In this document: positions 1 to 9,958 of the stretch, piece by piece
Numbering within the stretch: position 1 is the first letter of the stretch
How the letters are laid out: every line of letters starts with the position of its first letter
NCBI RefSeq assembly: GCF_000143415.4
Contig: NW_003314365.1
Span: 74,708 to 138,707 of the forward strand
DNA from: Selaginella moellendorffii
Taxonomy: Eukaryota; Plantae; Lycopodiophyta
Direction of reading: 5' to 3'
Length of the DNA: 64,000 nucleotides
The notes under the pieces: generated by a model
What the model saw: the letters and a program-made list of their open reading frames with translations, nothing else
The model's database searches: none
Told to the model about the DNA's origin: nothing
Made by a program: the position numbers and the translations under genes

Positions 1-141
1 CAAAGCAAGCATCACAAGCATTGGTTTTGTGATTTAAAGCGGTATGTATATACTCTTGTCCAGATCGCTCAGGAACGCACAAGAGACTGTCTTGAGCTTC
101 ATTCCTCATCTTTGCCACCTTTCGATTTTCGCCAAGTGATG

Positions 142-830
142 TGTCGAGTGCAGTGCTTCGCATAAGCTTGTGGGTGTGACTAGGCTAGTGGAGTCACGTT
201 TTAAAGCTTCTCCTTGTCCCTTACCACGCTCGCAGTGGCTTAACGTACCCAGGAGCAGTTGAGGGACTTCTTCGAACCTCGCAGATCCTTGTGTTGTATC
301 ATCGCCTCGCTTGCCATGCTTCTTCTCTTGTCAGCCATCAGCTATGCAGAGTCTAAACCTGCAATCAGCTCTTTATTGAGGAATTGTTTGCTCTCACCTG
401 ATGCTCGATCAAGGCTCTCACAACGTACTCGGGACTAGACTACAGTGGATATCACTGATGCAACAAGCTTTAGGTTCTGAGTCTAAGTTAGTTGCACCAA
501 CTCAAAGATGTTCTGTTCTGTTTCATGGTTTTGAACATGGTTTTTCTATAGGAACAAGCATCAGACTGGAAGCTTTTGGGTGGTGTCTTGACGAATTAAG
601 CTCCCCGAGGGTTTCCTCTTGCGAAGAAGAGAGAAACAACTACCCCCAACCTTCAGCACTCTTGACATTTCCAGATGCCTTGCAACTCGAATCTCTTGGG
701 CAGAACGCACCGGTGCTCTTGAGGGGGGTGCCTGGATCAAATCAAACTGATGGGAAACATTCGCGTGCCAGCTGAGCGCCATGCCCAGAATTTCAAGAAA
801 CGATTCATGAAAGTAACAAACACGTTAACA
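142..830 (+). pseudogene. 3' part of decayed F-box/LRR-like gene (paralog F1)
   Basis: Continues the F-box fragment across the empty site. LRR-like LDISRC motif at ~661-680. Multiple stops/frameshifts. Copies follow each retroelement (19522, 35340, 51318). Confidence 0.5.
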
Positions 831-844
831 AGCTATTAATGCAT

Positions 845-932
845 AATTTGGACGGGATATCTGGCTAAAATAAAAACAATTATTGTCAAGGTCACAGGTT
901 CGAACCCACAGCCAGAGACCCAATTAAATTTT
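845..932 (+). mobile_element. tRNA-derived SINE-like/Pol III module (this copy has a small internal deletion)
   Basis: B-box GGTTCGAACCC, TCTGGCT/AGCCAGA inverted pair, T-rich end. About 12 copies in the window. Confidence 0.55.
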
Positions 933-1254
933 ACTTCGCTTGCGGTGGGTCTTTATGGAATTTGCTGGAGTGCTTGAGCAGCAGCAGCAGCCACGATGAT
1001 CATGGTCAGTGTGTCGATCTAGCCCAGACTCTTCCTTTTGCTTTAAAGTCATGCTGGAACGCGTCTCAGCATTGCTCGCTTGAACGCCAGCGGGTTTGGA
1101 CGAGGAGAGGAGCTTAAACTTGCAGCCCGCGTGACTCGCAATGCAGCCTTGTCTACGAAAGTATCATTGCATTTCAGCTAGAGGGGGTGTCCAAGTTTGA
1201 ATCCACCACTAGCTCCTCCTACATGCTTCGTCAAAATAGCGAATGGCCGAGGAC

Positions 1255-1900
1255 TACTGACGACCTGGATAACGATACGCTGCTCCACACTTTCGAGCAG
1301 CGTTTGACTGCCGCGCTTGTGCCAACCTCATGTAAGAAAGAGTGGAGCTGAGCGAGAGCGTAGCCTTTCTTCTCGACGTGGGTCCTTGCAGAGCATTGTG
1401 TTGTATCATTCCACCGCTTGTCATGCTTCTTCTTTGCTCTCACCTGACGCTCGATCAAGGCTCTCACAGGCTGCAGTGAATAACAAAGGAATCACTGGTG
1501 CATCAACCCTCAGGTTCTGAGTCTAAACAGTTGCACCAAATCAGGGATGTGCCTCTCGTGTTTTTGGGAGTGAGTATTTAATTTCATGGTTTTGAACATG
1601 GCCAGAGGATTTGATCTTGCAAAGAAGAGAGAAACGAATAAATACCCCAACCTCCAGCACTCTTGACATTTCCAGATGCCTCTCAACTCTGCTCTTCAAG
1701 AGGGTGCTTGGATCAAATCAAACTTGCTCATTTTCCAGAAACTTTTCTTGTTCCGAGAAACAAATTTTGCTCCAAAAAAAATCCTGGAACCAAGAAGAGA
1801 GGCTTGGAAACGTTCGCGCGACCTTGCCCACGTGATTGATACGGAACAAGAAATCAGCACGCGTGCCATTCACTCAAAATCAAAAACAAGCGAAACACTT
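1255..1900 (+). pseudogene. Second F-box/LRR-like remnant (paralog F2)
   Basis: DDLDNDTLLHTF..AALV is paralogous to the F-box at 5450. Shares blocks with 300-760 (gctctcacctga.gctcgatcaaggctctcaca; LDISRC). Copies at ~20650, 36480 and 52255. Confidence 0.5.
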
Positions 1901-1919
1901 TAACAGGCTATTAATGTTT

Positions 1920-2072
1920 AATTTGGACGGGAACCTGTTGGCCGGATATCTGGCTAGAATAAACAAATATATTGGCAAGGTCACAGGTTCGAATCCACAG
2001 CCAGAGACGCAATCAAAATTTTTTGCGAGATCCAATCAAAAATTTTTGCGTCAGGTTCCCGTCCAAATCGGA
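1920..2072 (+). mobile_element. tRNA-like module fused to the stub of an inverted copy
   Basis: A-box-like TGGCCGGATATCTGG and B-box GGTTCGAATCC, then a duplicated tail and a reverse-complement stub CAGGTTCCCGTCCAAAT. Confidence 0.55.
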
Positions 2073-2189
2073 CACTAATTGCTTCTTAACGTATATCATA
2101 CCTTCACCATAACGGCGCAAGCTCTCGCTCATTTCTAAGCATCCTTTCTAAACCCGTGCGAACGTTTTATAAGGCTGTCATCCTTTCTG

Positions 2190-2800
2190 TGGTTGTCAAG
2201 CTCAAGAAAGAAACCATTATGAAATGAAGATTTCATGGCTTGTTTGAGCATTGAAGATTAAATTGATCCAGGCACGCTCTTGATTAGCAGCAAAGAGTAC
2301 AAGGCTGGAGGTACTTCTCTGTTCTTTCAAATCCTGGGGAGCTTGAGATTTCATCAAGGGGCTTTCTTGTCGTGTTCTATCCAAGTTTGATGCTTGTTCC
2401 TAGCAGCAACAAGAAAAAATCCATGAAATTTCAAGTCACACCCTGTGTGAAGAAGAGGGGGCAATGCATGGAAAGTACTCGGGGCCAAAAGGTGGCTGTC
2501 CACAACAAGAGTATTTAGAGCAAAAAGGGCGAAAGATGAACTGTGGGAAAGCAATGCTTTCACTACAACGTATATCCCTTGTGCCCTGCTGATCAATCCA
2601 AAAGCCACAACGCTGGTGGTAGTGCAGCAGCTCCTCCGTCCCGCGTTTAAATTCTACAAGCTCTTGCCAGGTGCAAGGTTCCATGGCCGTTTGCGACAAG
2701 AGAAATGCTAGTCACGTCTTTCGAACTGGAGCTACCTGAATTGGATGCCGTGGTTGGCTGCTTGCGAACAGTTAAGCTATCAATCACTGTGCCTCTTTTG
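2190..2800 (-). pseudogene. Inverted F-box/LRR-family remnant (paralog F3)
   Basis: Reverse complement contains TCAAGAGCGTGCCTGGATCAA (cf. TCAAGAGGGTGCTTGGATCAA at ~1696) and ttctcttgtc...gagcttgtagaatt (cf. 322-385). Also paralogous to 3520-3890. Confidence 0.35.
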
Positions 2801-2817
2801 TTATTTTATTCACTCCA

Positions 2818-3329
2818 ATGGTGGTGATTTGCCAGGTCCCCCAGGAAGCAGAGACTATCGTCAAGGAGACCATCCATGGTTTTAATGCTTCTCATTTGCC
2901 TCCTCCAAAAGAGGGCGTCATTCGCATGGAAGCCAACGGTGGATTTATCCTCCAGAAGATTAGCGACGAGAAATGCTACATAAGGTACGCTATTAGTTTT
3001 TTTTTTTTTTTTGTTTTCTTCTTAAGATAGTCACTACTTCTTTTACAGAGCAGTAATACACCTGGACCTTAAGCTCGACCTTGTTCCGACATGGGTGATT
3101 AACTTCCTTGGGCGTCAAGTTGTGGGACATGGCTTCAGGCTATACCTCAAGGTATATTTCTTTCCTTTTCGGGTGAAAAATGTCTAAGCTTTGTGTGTTA
3201 CAGCAGACTGTTTCTTCTGTTAAAGAGAGCAAAGTGTTTCAAGAATGCATCAGGCAACAGCCACTCTACAGCCGCATAACGTTACAGATGCTACCAAAAT
3301 CGAGCCACGAAAATGGATACAAGAGTTGA
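2818..3329 (+). pseudogene. 3' three exons of a START/SRPBCC (polyketide cyclase/lipid-transport superfamily)-like gene
   Basis: Exons ~2818-2984, 3049-3151 and 3207-3329 with GT..AG introns (64 and 55 bp). Spliced product ..GVIRMEANGGFILQKISDEKCYIRAVIHLDLKLDLVPTWVINFLGRQVVGHGFRLYLKTVSSV..*. 5' part absent. Confidence 0.7.
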
Positions 3330-3519
3330 GGTGCTTTTCATAAGAACTATTCATAAGCTTCCTGCACAAGAGCATTTACATTTATAAACAATTTATAAAC
3401 AAAGAGGAGCTTGAGGCCCACCGATACTCCTGAAAAGTCCGAACTTATTCATGAGACATATGCAAGGTGGGTTTTATAAGATTTCTGTTGTTTTGCATGT
3501 CTAGAAAAATCTGCTACAG

Positions 3520-4270
3520 TCAAGCTCAAGAAAGAAACCATTCTCTTCTTGATGGAATGAAACTCTCACTTTCTCCATGCTCTGGCGAGGCCATGGCAAA
3601 CAAAACGGGTTGGATGGACTCTGCATCTCAATCTGAGCAAGCAGCTGATGCAGAAGCTATTTTTGAGAAACAAAGTATAAGTATGCTGCAACAAGAACCA
3701 GCAACATCCGTTTAAGATATTGTTCTGGAAGATGGCTTGTCTGAGCTCGAGTTTGATTTGATCCAGGCACCATGGTCCCGGGAATCTATTCTTCACTTGG
3801 TTGTCCAAGCTGGAGGTCCATAGGTTTGGATCCTTTCAAATCCTCGGGGCGTGAGACTCTGGAGCTCCAAGTTTTGATGCCTTCTCTTGGCAATAATATA
3901 ATATATTGCTCTGAAACCGTGAAAGCTTACTCACCCGCAAACAAAACTCCAGGGTTGCACCAGACATCCAATAAACCTGTGAGAGCCTTGACCAAGCTCA
4001 AACTCAATCAGCTCAGAGCAAGCTTTCTCAAAAGTTTCCAAAGAGCAGATGGCATAACACAAAAAACGTATACCAGGTCACCAACTCATCTCATCACAAG
4101 TTGCGTTGTGGTCACTCCACGCCTTGGATGTTGATGAACTACAGGCCTCCAATTTATCTTGGAAAATGCTCGAGGCCAAAGGGTGGCGAAGATGAGGAAT
4201 GAAGCGATCTGGACTGGACAAGAGTATAAGCAAAATGAGCACGAGAAGAACCACACATACCGCGGAAAAG
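3520..4270 (-). pseudogene. Inverted F-box/LRR-family remnant (paralog F4)
   Basis: Reverse complement of 3750-3771 is GGTGCCTGGATCAAATCAAACT, identical to 727-748. Heavily disrupted. Confidence 0.35.
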
Positions 4271-4399
4271 CAGTGCTTGTGCTTGTGAGCCTAGTTTGAA
4301 GATGTCTGAGACTGAGAAGAAAGACCATGCTGCTCGACTCATAGAGCACGCCCGGCAGCAGCACACCGCCCGGGTAAAGAGCCCCCTGGATCGAAAATG

Positions 4400-4920
4400 T
4401 GCAGCAGTAGCGTATAATGGCAATGGCGGTGGTTTTCCATGGCATCGTTCTTGAGCCTTGACGAGGAGGTGCCATCCAGCGAAGATTTGCAGGAAGGAGG
4501 AGCGATCTCCAGCGGTGGGCGCCTGGGCGAGAATGCGGTGAGCACAGATCTGGGAGGGGGAAGGCGCATCCACGAGGAAAATCGTCTCCAGCGGCCTCGA
4601 GGTTCCTTGCTAATCTGGTCATAGAAAGGTATGGAAAGTGCGGGCGCTGGAAATCTTCCAGAAGATGAAAGATCGAGGTTCTTTCTCGTGGAAGATTGCG
4701 ATCGCGGCATTTGCCCTTGTTACTCTTTTTCGAGCATCCAGTTATTTCTCTTGGCAGTTATCAATGCCGATCCGGGGGAGATCCACGCGCTAATCATCGC
4801 CGCGTTACGGTGCTCCGTTGGCGAGCATGCCATCGCCGAGATCTTCTTCTGCCAGGAACTGGACAGACACTTGCATCGGGTGGAACCAGGGCATTGCCGT
4901 GTGAGCTCGAGACTGGCATC
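4400..4920 (+). pseudogene. PLS-class PPR gene fragment
   Basis: DLQEGGAI, DLGGGRRIHEE and YGKCG/ALEIFQKMKDRGSFSW motifs across shifted frames. Confidence 0.6.
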
Positions 4921-4999
4921 CCAGCCTGATCGGCGCCACATCCCAATCGCCGCCCCAAGCTCCAATTACTACAACGACAAGCCAAAGATGGTGACGGTG

Positions 5000-5374
5000 T
5001 TATTGTCTCAGCTCCAGGATTGCGAGGAGATCAGACAGCAGGGGTATGGCGTCCTCCAAAGGCCGTGGTTGATTTACCCTCCAGCAGTAGTCTTTCAACC
5101 AGGCCTGGAGCGGGGCCTTCTGCCAACTTAAGTCGAGGTTCCTGGTGTTTCTCACCTGGATCTCTGCCACATCGCCATTGATAGCTGCAAGAATTCGATC
5201 GACGAGCATTTGCTGGGCAAATGCGTTCCAGAAGAAAACATTTCCATCTTCCATTTTGTGGAGGACACCCAAGGCATCCGCGGCGTGCCCGCACTTTCCA
5301 TACATTTCCATGATGAAATTCGCGAGGAATCTATGACGATCAGAGCAGCGTCTCCTCCTCGTCGTCAAGAACAA
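5000..5374 (-). pseudogene. PLS-class PPR gene fragment
   Basis: FLANFIMEMYGKCGHAADALGVLHKMEDGNVFFWNA is a typical PPR motif. Copies at 25167, 40693 and 61312. Confidence 0.75.
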
Positions 5375-5449
5375 TGCGATGGAACCATTCGTTAACTACA
5401 GGTAAGCTTCGTCAAAATAGCAAATGTCTCAAGGACAGCGATAGCAGAG

Positions 5450-5753
5450 GTGACGCTGCCACCATTGGGCGACCTGGATAACGATACGCTGCTCTGCACT
5501 TTTGCTCGCATTCCAACAAGGAAGTTCCTCACCCAAGCAGCGCTTGTCTGCTGCGCTTGGCTGGATGATCCGGTCTGGCTCAAACCAAGACAAGCCTTCA
5601 AACAATACCTCGCAAAGCAAGCATCACAAGCATTGCTTTTGTGATTTAAAGTGGTATGTATATACTCTTGTCCAGATTGCTCAAGAACGCACAAGAGACT
5701 GTCTTGAGCTTCATTCCTCACCTTTGCCACCTTTCGATTTTCGCCAAGCAATG
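5450..5753 (+). pseudogene. F-box domain fragment (5' part of paralog F1), interrupted by the Gypsy element
   Basis: LPPLGDLDNDTLLCTFARIPTRKFLTQAALVCCAW fits the F-box pattern L..LP.D.L..IF......L....LVC..W. Copies at 25617, ~41003 and 61624. Confidence 0.65.
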
Positions 5754-6048
5754 TGAAGAGGTGTGAAAACTCCTCTTCGCTGGAAATCTATTGTTAGTAA
5801 GAAAACAAAAGAGAAAAAGGCCCGATCTCCAAGGGCAGAGAAGAAGCATGAGAAAAAGAATGCTGTGTATTGATAAGAAAAACAATGGAATGGAGATAGG
5901 TATCCACAATTCAGATTCCCCTTTTTGAAAGGCTAGCAGTTCTAACTGCTAGCATATACTATATGTTGTGCATGATTTAATCTATGGCTCTGATGCAGCC
6001 CTGGGTTCAAAGTCAGAGTCCCCTGAGCCTGGGTTTTTGGCTGATACA
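5754..6048 (-). repeat. 3' LTR of copy 1
   Basis: TGAAGAGG...GATACA. About 18 substitutions versus 19222-19516 by my count. Confidence 0.95.
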
Positions 6049-6060
6049 CTCTACTCCCCT
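6049..6060 (-). promoter_or_regulatory. Polypurine tract
   Basis: Minus strand AGGGGAGTAGAG immediately precedes the 3' LTR. Also at 26168-26179 and 41594-41605. Confidence 0.8.
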
Positions 6061-6259
6061 GACAGAACTAGACACTGTCCTCGGTGTGAACATAGTCAAT
6101 TTCCATTGCTTGTTGTTGCTGCTGCTCAAGTCGATAGAGGTGACGTTTTTGCTGCAGGAGTGTAAGCTCATGGTTAGGGACACTGTCTGGTGGATCTGTC
6201 CCATCTTCCTGGAGGTCGGCTACCTCAGCCAGCAGGGCGGTATGATCATCCTCGAGCTT

Positions 6260-6529
6260 TCAGTAGCGGGTGTTGAGCTCTTCGTATTTGAATTTGTAGG
6301 TGAATTCGTGAGCTGCTGATGGGGTTGATGGCTGCTTGGAGACGATCTTCCTGATGTCCTGGAGGTCAGTGCAGATCTGCTTCATCTCTTTGAGCTGAGC
6401 ATCCAGCTGGTGGTTTAAAGGCTCATAGAATTCCTTCTTGATCGCTCCCCAGGTGTATATGAAGGAGTCTTGCTTGAGAAGATGCTGTGCAATGTCAGCT
6501 CGTGTTGCCTGACTCTGTGGCTGAGGCAT
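6260..6529 (-). pseudogene. Terminal extra ORF of the element (coiled-coil-like), internally deleted in this copy
   Basis: KKEFYEPLNHQLDAQLKEMKQICTDLQDIRK. Longer version at 26379-26774. Confidence 0.4.
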
Positions 6530-8994
6530 AGCTGCTGCTCCTACTCCTGCTCCGTGATCCTGGTGTTTCTCGCTGTGTTCTTGGTCCCGGGAGTTGAGTT
6601 TGCTTTGTTGGATATGGGTGACGTGGTCGGGCCAGATTCTTTGAGGTGGTTGGAGATGAGCTTTTCAGTTTGATGGTAGATGAACGGCCCAGATGTGGCG
6701 CTGAAATTAATTTATCCGTTCGGAAATTTTTCGCTTGGAATTTTGTTGAAGGGGCGGAATTTTTGTGAATGCTGGTCGTGGTATTTGCTGGAGGAGGCAT
6801 GGTTGTGTGTTCTTCAAGTGATTGGTGAAGGTAATCAATGTTTTCTTTTGTGGAACGTGTCAAGGAGGTCGAGGCGTTGAGAATGTTGTTCTCAGCTGGT
6901 GGAGAAATTGAGTTCAGGGCGAGCAGTTGACGTTTTCCTTTGGCGATGTTGATGTGTTTGTGAGAAATTGTCGGTTTTGGGGCTGATTCATGGTTGGTCC
7001 CGACCGTTCCGAACGCCGACTGCCTGACCGCCCGACCGTGGTTATCGACCGGCTGTGAAAATGCCGAACGGCCGAATGGTTCACAAATTTTTTTTGAAAA
7101 AAAAAAACATTTTTAGTAAAACCACATTAATAAAAGTAGGAAAACCAAAGCATTAAACCAAACCAAACCAAACTAAACCAATGCATTAGACCATACCAAA
7201 CCAACTACTACTCATCTTCTTCAACATCTTCGGCAAGTCCCTCGACATCTTCGGCATCTTCCTCAACAATCACATCTTCATTTGGAAGATCTTCTTCGGC
7301 TAAATCTTCTATACCAAGAGATTCAAGCCTAGCTTGCATCTCTACAATCCTCATCCATTGTGGTTCGATTGCAATTGTGTCGAGATCGATCTCTAGGAAC
7401 TTCATTCCTTCACTTTCAATACGATCCACCACTCTGGTGTTACTATGTACATAAACCAACTTCTTCAAGTTCTTTGGAAGCAAGCGATTGCATCGTTTGG
7501 TTTGGATCAAGTTCCAACTACTCCAATTTCGCTCACATGGAGAAGAGCACACTCCTTGGCTCAACACACGAAGTGCTAACTTCCTAAGCTCAGGCATCTT
7601 ATATCCATAGGATTCCCACCAAGACACTGGGAATTTCCTTTTTACTTTGCTCTTCGGCAAATCCCAATTGATAGCTCTTCCAATTCCTCGTCGAAACATA
7701 TTGAATTACTCATCTAACTTCTCTTCTAGTTGAGTGTCCCCACAGCAATAGAGTGATAAATAATCCATCCAATCACTTCTTACCTCAGCATCCAAGTTTT
7801 GCTCAAGGTATGAAGGATTCAAAGCATGTGCAGCGCTGTGCATAGAGCTATGCATCATAAACCATCGAGCTCTCAGTTTATATTGGTCTTCAACCAAGAC
7901 ACACTTAATTGCATCAATTTTATCTGCATCAAGCTTGCCATCTTGAGTTGCAAGCTCCAATCCTTCAATCATACGATACATTGCTTCATAAATTAATCCT
8001 ATTGTTGCGCTCACGATCGGCAAGACTTAACACCTTCAAAATAGGAGCTACCATAACCAATAAAGTAGAAGCATTCTTCCAAAATTCATCATTGAAAATT
8101 GTTGTACGAACATCTTTGGCATCCTTTGTGTTATACCACTTCGACGATTCAAATTCTGCACTCACTATGAATCGTCGAAGGCACAGGAAAACATCTTCAT
8201 GCTGGAGCTGGCTGACCATAAGAAAGATGTAAGCGAATCGAGTCTTTGCAGGCTTCATGAGTTCTCTAGAGCAGAACTTTCGAAATAAAGCAAGTAACAT
8301 CGGCTTCTCAGTTATGAACTTCACGATCTTCTCACAGTCATTTACGATCTTAGACACTCAATCAAACTTCCCAATATCCTCCAATAACAAGTCCAAAACA
8401 TGGCACATGCATCGATTGTGTAAGATAAAGGGGAATTCTTCTCTCATATGTTCCCCCATTGATACACAATTCGAAGCATTATCAGTGATGACTTGAACAA
8501 CATTTTCAACACCAACATCCAAAATGATGGGTCTAAGTTGCTCCCAAAGCCAAAGACCAGTCTTCTCTTCTCCTTTGGTGTCAACACCCTGCCAAAATAC
8601 TGAGCTATGGATAGAGGTAACCATGAAATTTATGAATGATCTGCTCTTTATATCAGACCATCCATTAGTCATTATTGTACATCCAAACCGAGTCCATCCA
8701 TCACGAAAGGGAGCTAACTTCTCCTTGATTAAAATATAGTGACAAGTGAGCTGAGTAGTACGAAGCTTCTTGTAACCAAGAATCCTCGATGCAACACTAG
8801 GTCCAGCACTACAAGCGGCTGCGATCATTGCATGAAAATATGGGCTTTTCACAACATTAAATGGTATAGCATTCAAGAAAATGAACTTTGATATCGCATC
8901 ATCTAAGTTCATGTTTCTTGCATCATCAAGCATTTCCTCAATATTGCCATCTCGCATTCGCTTTCGACCAACAAATGATCCCTCATGGCCTATA

Positions 8995-9188
8995 TGTAAG
9001 CTCCTGAGTTTGGACTTCCCAGGAGGTCACCCAGCCCAGTACTATTCAAACCCAAGGATGCTTAACCCCAAATATCCCAAGACCCTTAACTGATTGGAAA
9101 AAGGGGTGCACTCTTGTTCATGGGCCCTTTCCCTCTATATTTGAACCCCATGGACCGTCTCTCGAGTCGTTCTCTTTAGTTGCTTACA
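8995..9188 (-). mobile_element. Cassandra-type TRIM solo LTR carrying a 5S rRNA-derived segment
   Basis: TGTAAGC...GCTTACA termini, 5-bp TSD CTATA (8990-8994, 9189-9193). Removing it restores the transposase frame (MSASIGHEGSFVGRKRMRDG). Confidence 0.85.
9012..9067 (-). ncRNA. 5S rRNA-derived internal control region (box A to box C); not a full 5S gene
   Basis: GGTTAAGCATCCTTGGGTTTGAATAGTACTGGGCTGGGTGACCTCCTGGGAAGTCC, about 47/56 identical to the plant 5S consensus as I recall it. Confidence 0.85.
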
Positions 9189-9958
9189 CTATAGAAGCAC
9201 TCATAGGTTGAGATTGACTAGCACTTTGTGTACCAGCTCCAGAAGCAGATGCCCCATCAAAATGCCTACTCTGTAGATTTGCTACAGAAGGTAAAGACAA
9301 AGGGGCGTTTGCGATTTGCTCCACAAACATTCGGCGAGCTTGGTTCTGAACATGAAGAGGAATGTTTGAAGCACTACATGCTTCAATATCATGCCCAGAA
9401 ACTTTAGCAAGATGCGCCTTGATGCGTTTCGGCGGACCACCATACATTTTACCACAATAATTACATTTCCAACGCCCAGCTCCTTTGCCGGAAGCATAAG
9501 GAGTGAGCTTGGTAACATGGGACCATGCCCAATCGGGCGCCATCCCTCAATTGTGCCAGAATCGCTACAAATCTCTACAATCAAATCTCTGGAATCACTG
9601 AATTTCTATTTTAGGGCAAAAACTTCAAGCGTCGCGGACTTGGCAATTTGATTTGCGAGGCCTCAGCGCTGCTCCACGCTCAATCGAAAGCAGAGGCAGG
9701 TACGCATGCAGCTCCTATGCCCTCCTCGCAGCAGCAGCATCAGAAATCTAGCACGATCACCATTTTTTTTGCCGAATGGAATCACCGAATGGACCTGTCT
9801 GACCGTGTTCGGCCGACCACGTTCGGCGGCAGTCGGGGTTTCAGCCGAACGCGGTTAGGACCAACCATGGGCTGATTCAAGTGGATGCAGGGTCTGGGGT
9901 GAGTGTGGATGGTGGTGTGAGTTATCTTCATTGTCGCTGATGATGAGGTGCTCTTAGA

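Larger units (their letters stand above)
1..5753. repeat. Host repeat unit 1 (A-type), including the empty LTR insertion site at 137-141
   Basis: Near-identical to 19517-25920, 35335-41298, 51313-56155 and 59385-61927 (same ORF set recurs). CGCCAAG-TGATG-TGTCGAGTG at 130-150 is the uninterrupted junction. Confidence 0.95.
7208..9543 (-). pseudogene. hAT transposase (BED zinc finger, DUF659/RNase H-like core, C-terminal dimerisation domain), disrupted
   Basis: WSHV..WKCNYC..KAHL..C; VVQVITDNASN; HVLDLLLEDIG; SWWESYG..PELRKLALRVLSQ..SSPCERNWS. Stops at ~8358 and ~7706, frameshift at ~8000, LTR insertion at 8995-9188. Confidence 0.9.
6989..9869 (-). mobile_element. hAT DNA transposon
   Basis: 12-bp perfect TIR CATGGTTGGTCC. 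8-bp TSD GGCTGATT at 6981-6988 and 9870-9877. Empty site in copies 2 and 3. CCGA-rich subtermini. Confidence 0.95.

Noticed and set aside
401-775. Recurrent 124-aa ORF and similar short ORFs (3772-4134, 4086-4622) as real genes
   Set aside because: Recurrence reflects recent duplication. No recognisable domain in those frames.
9012-9067. Functional 5S rRNA gene
   Set aside because: Lacks the 5' and 3' ends of the 120-nt RNA and lies within a TSD-flanked LTR.
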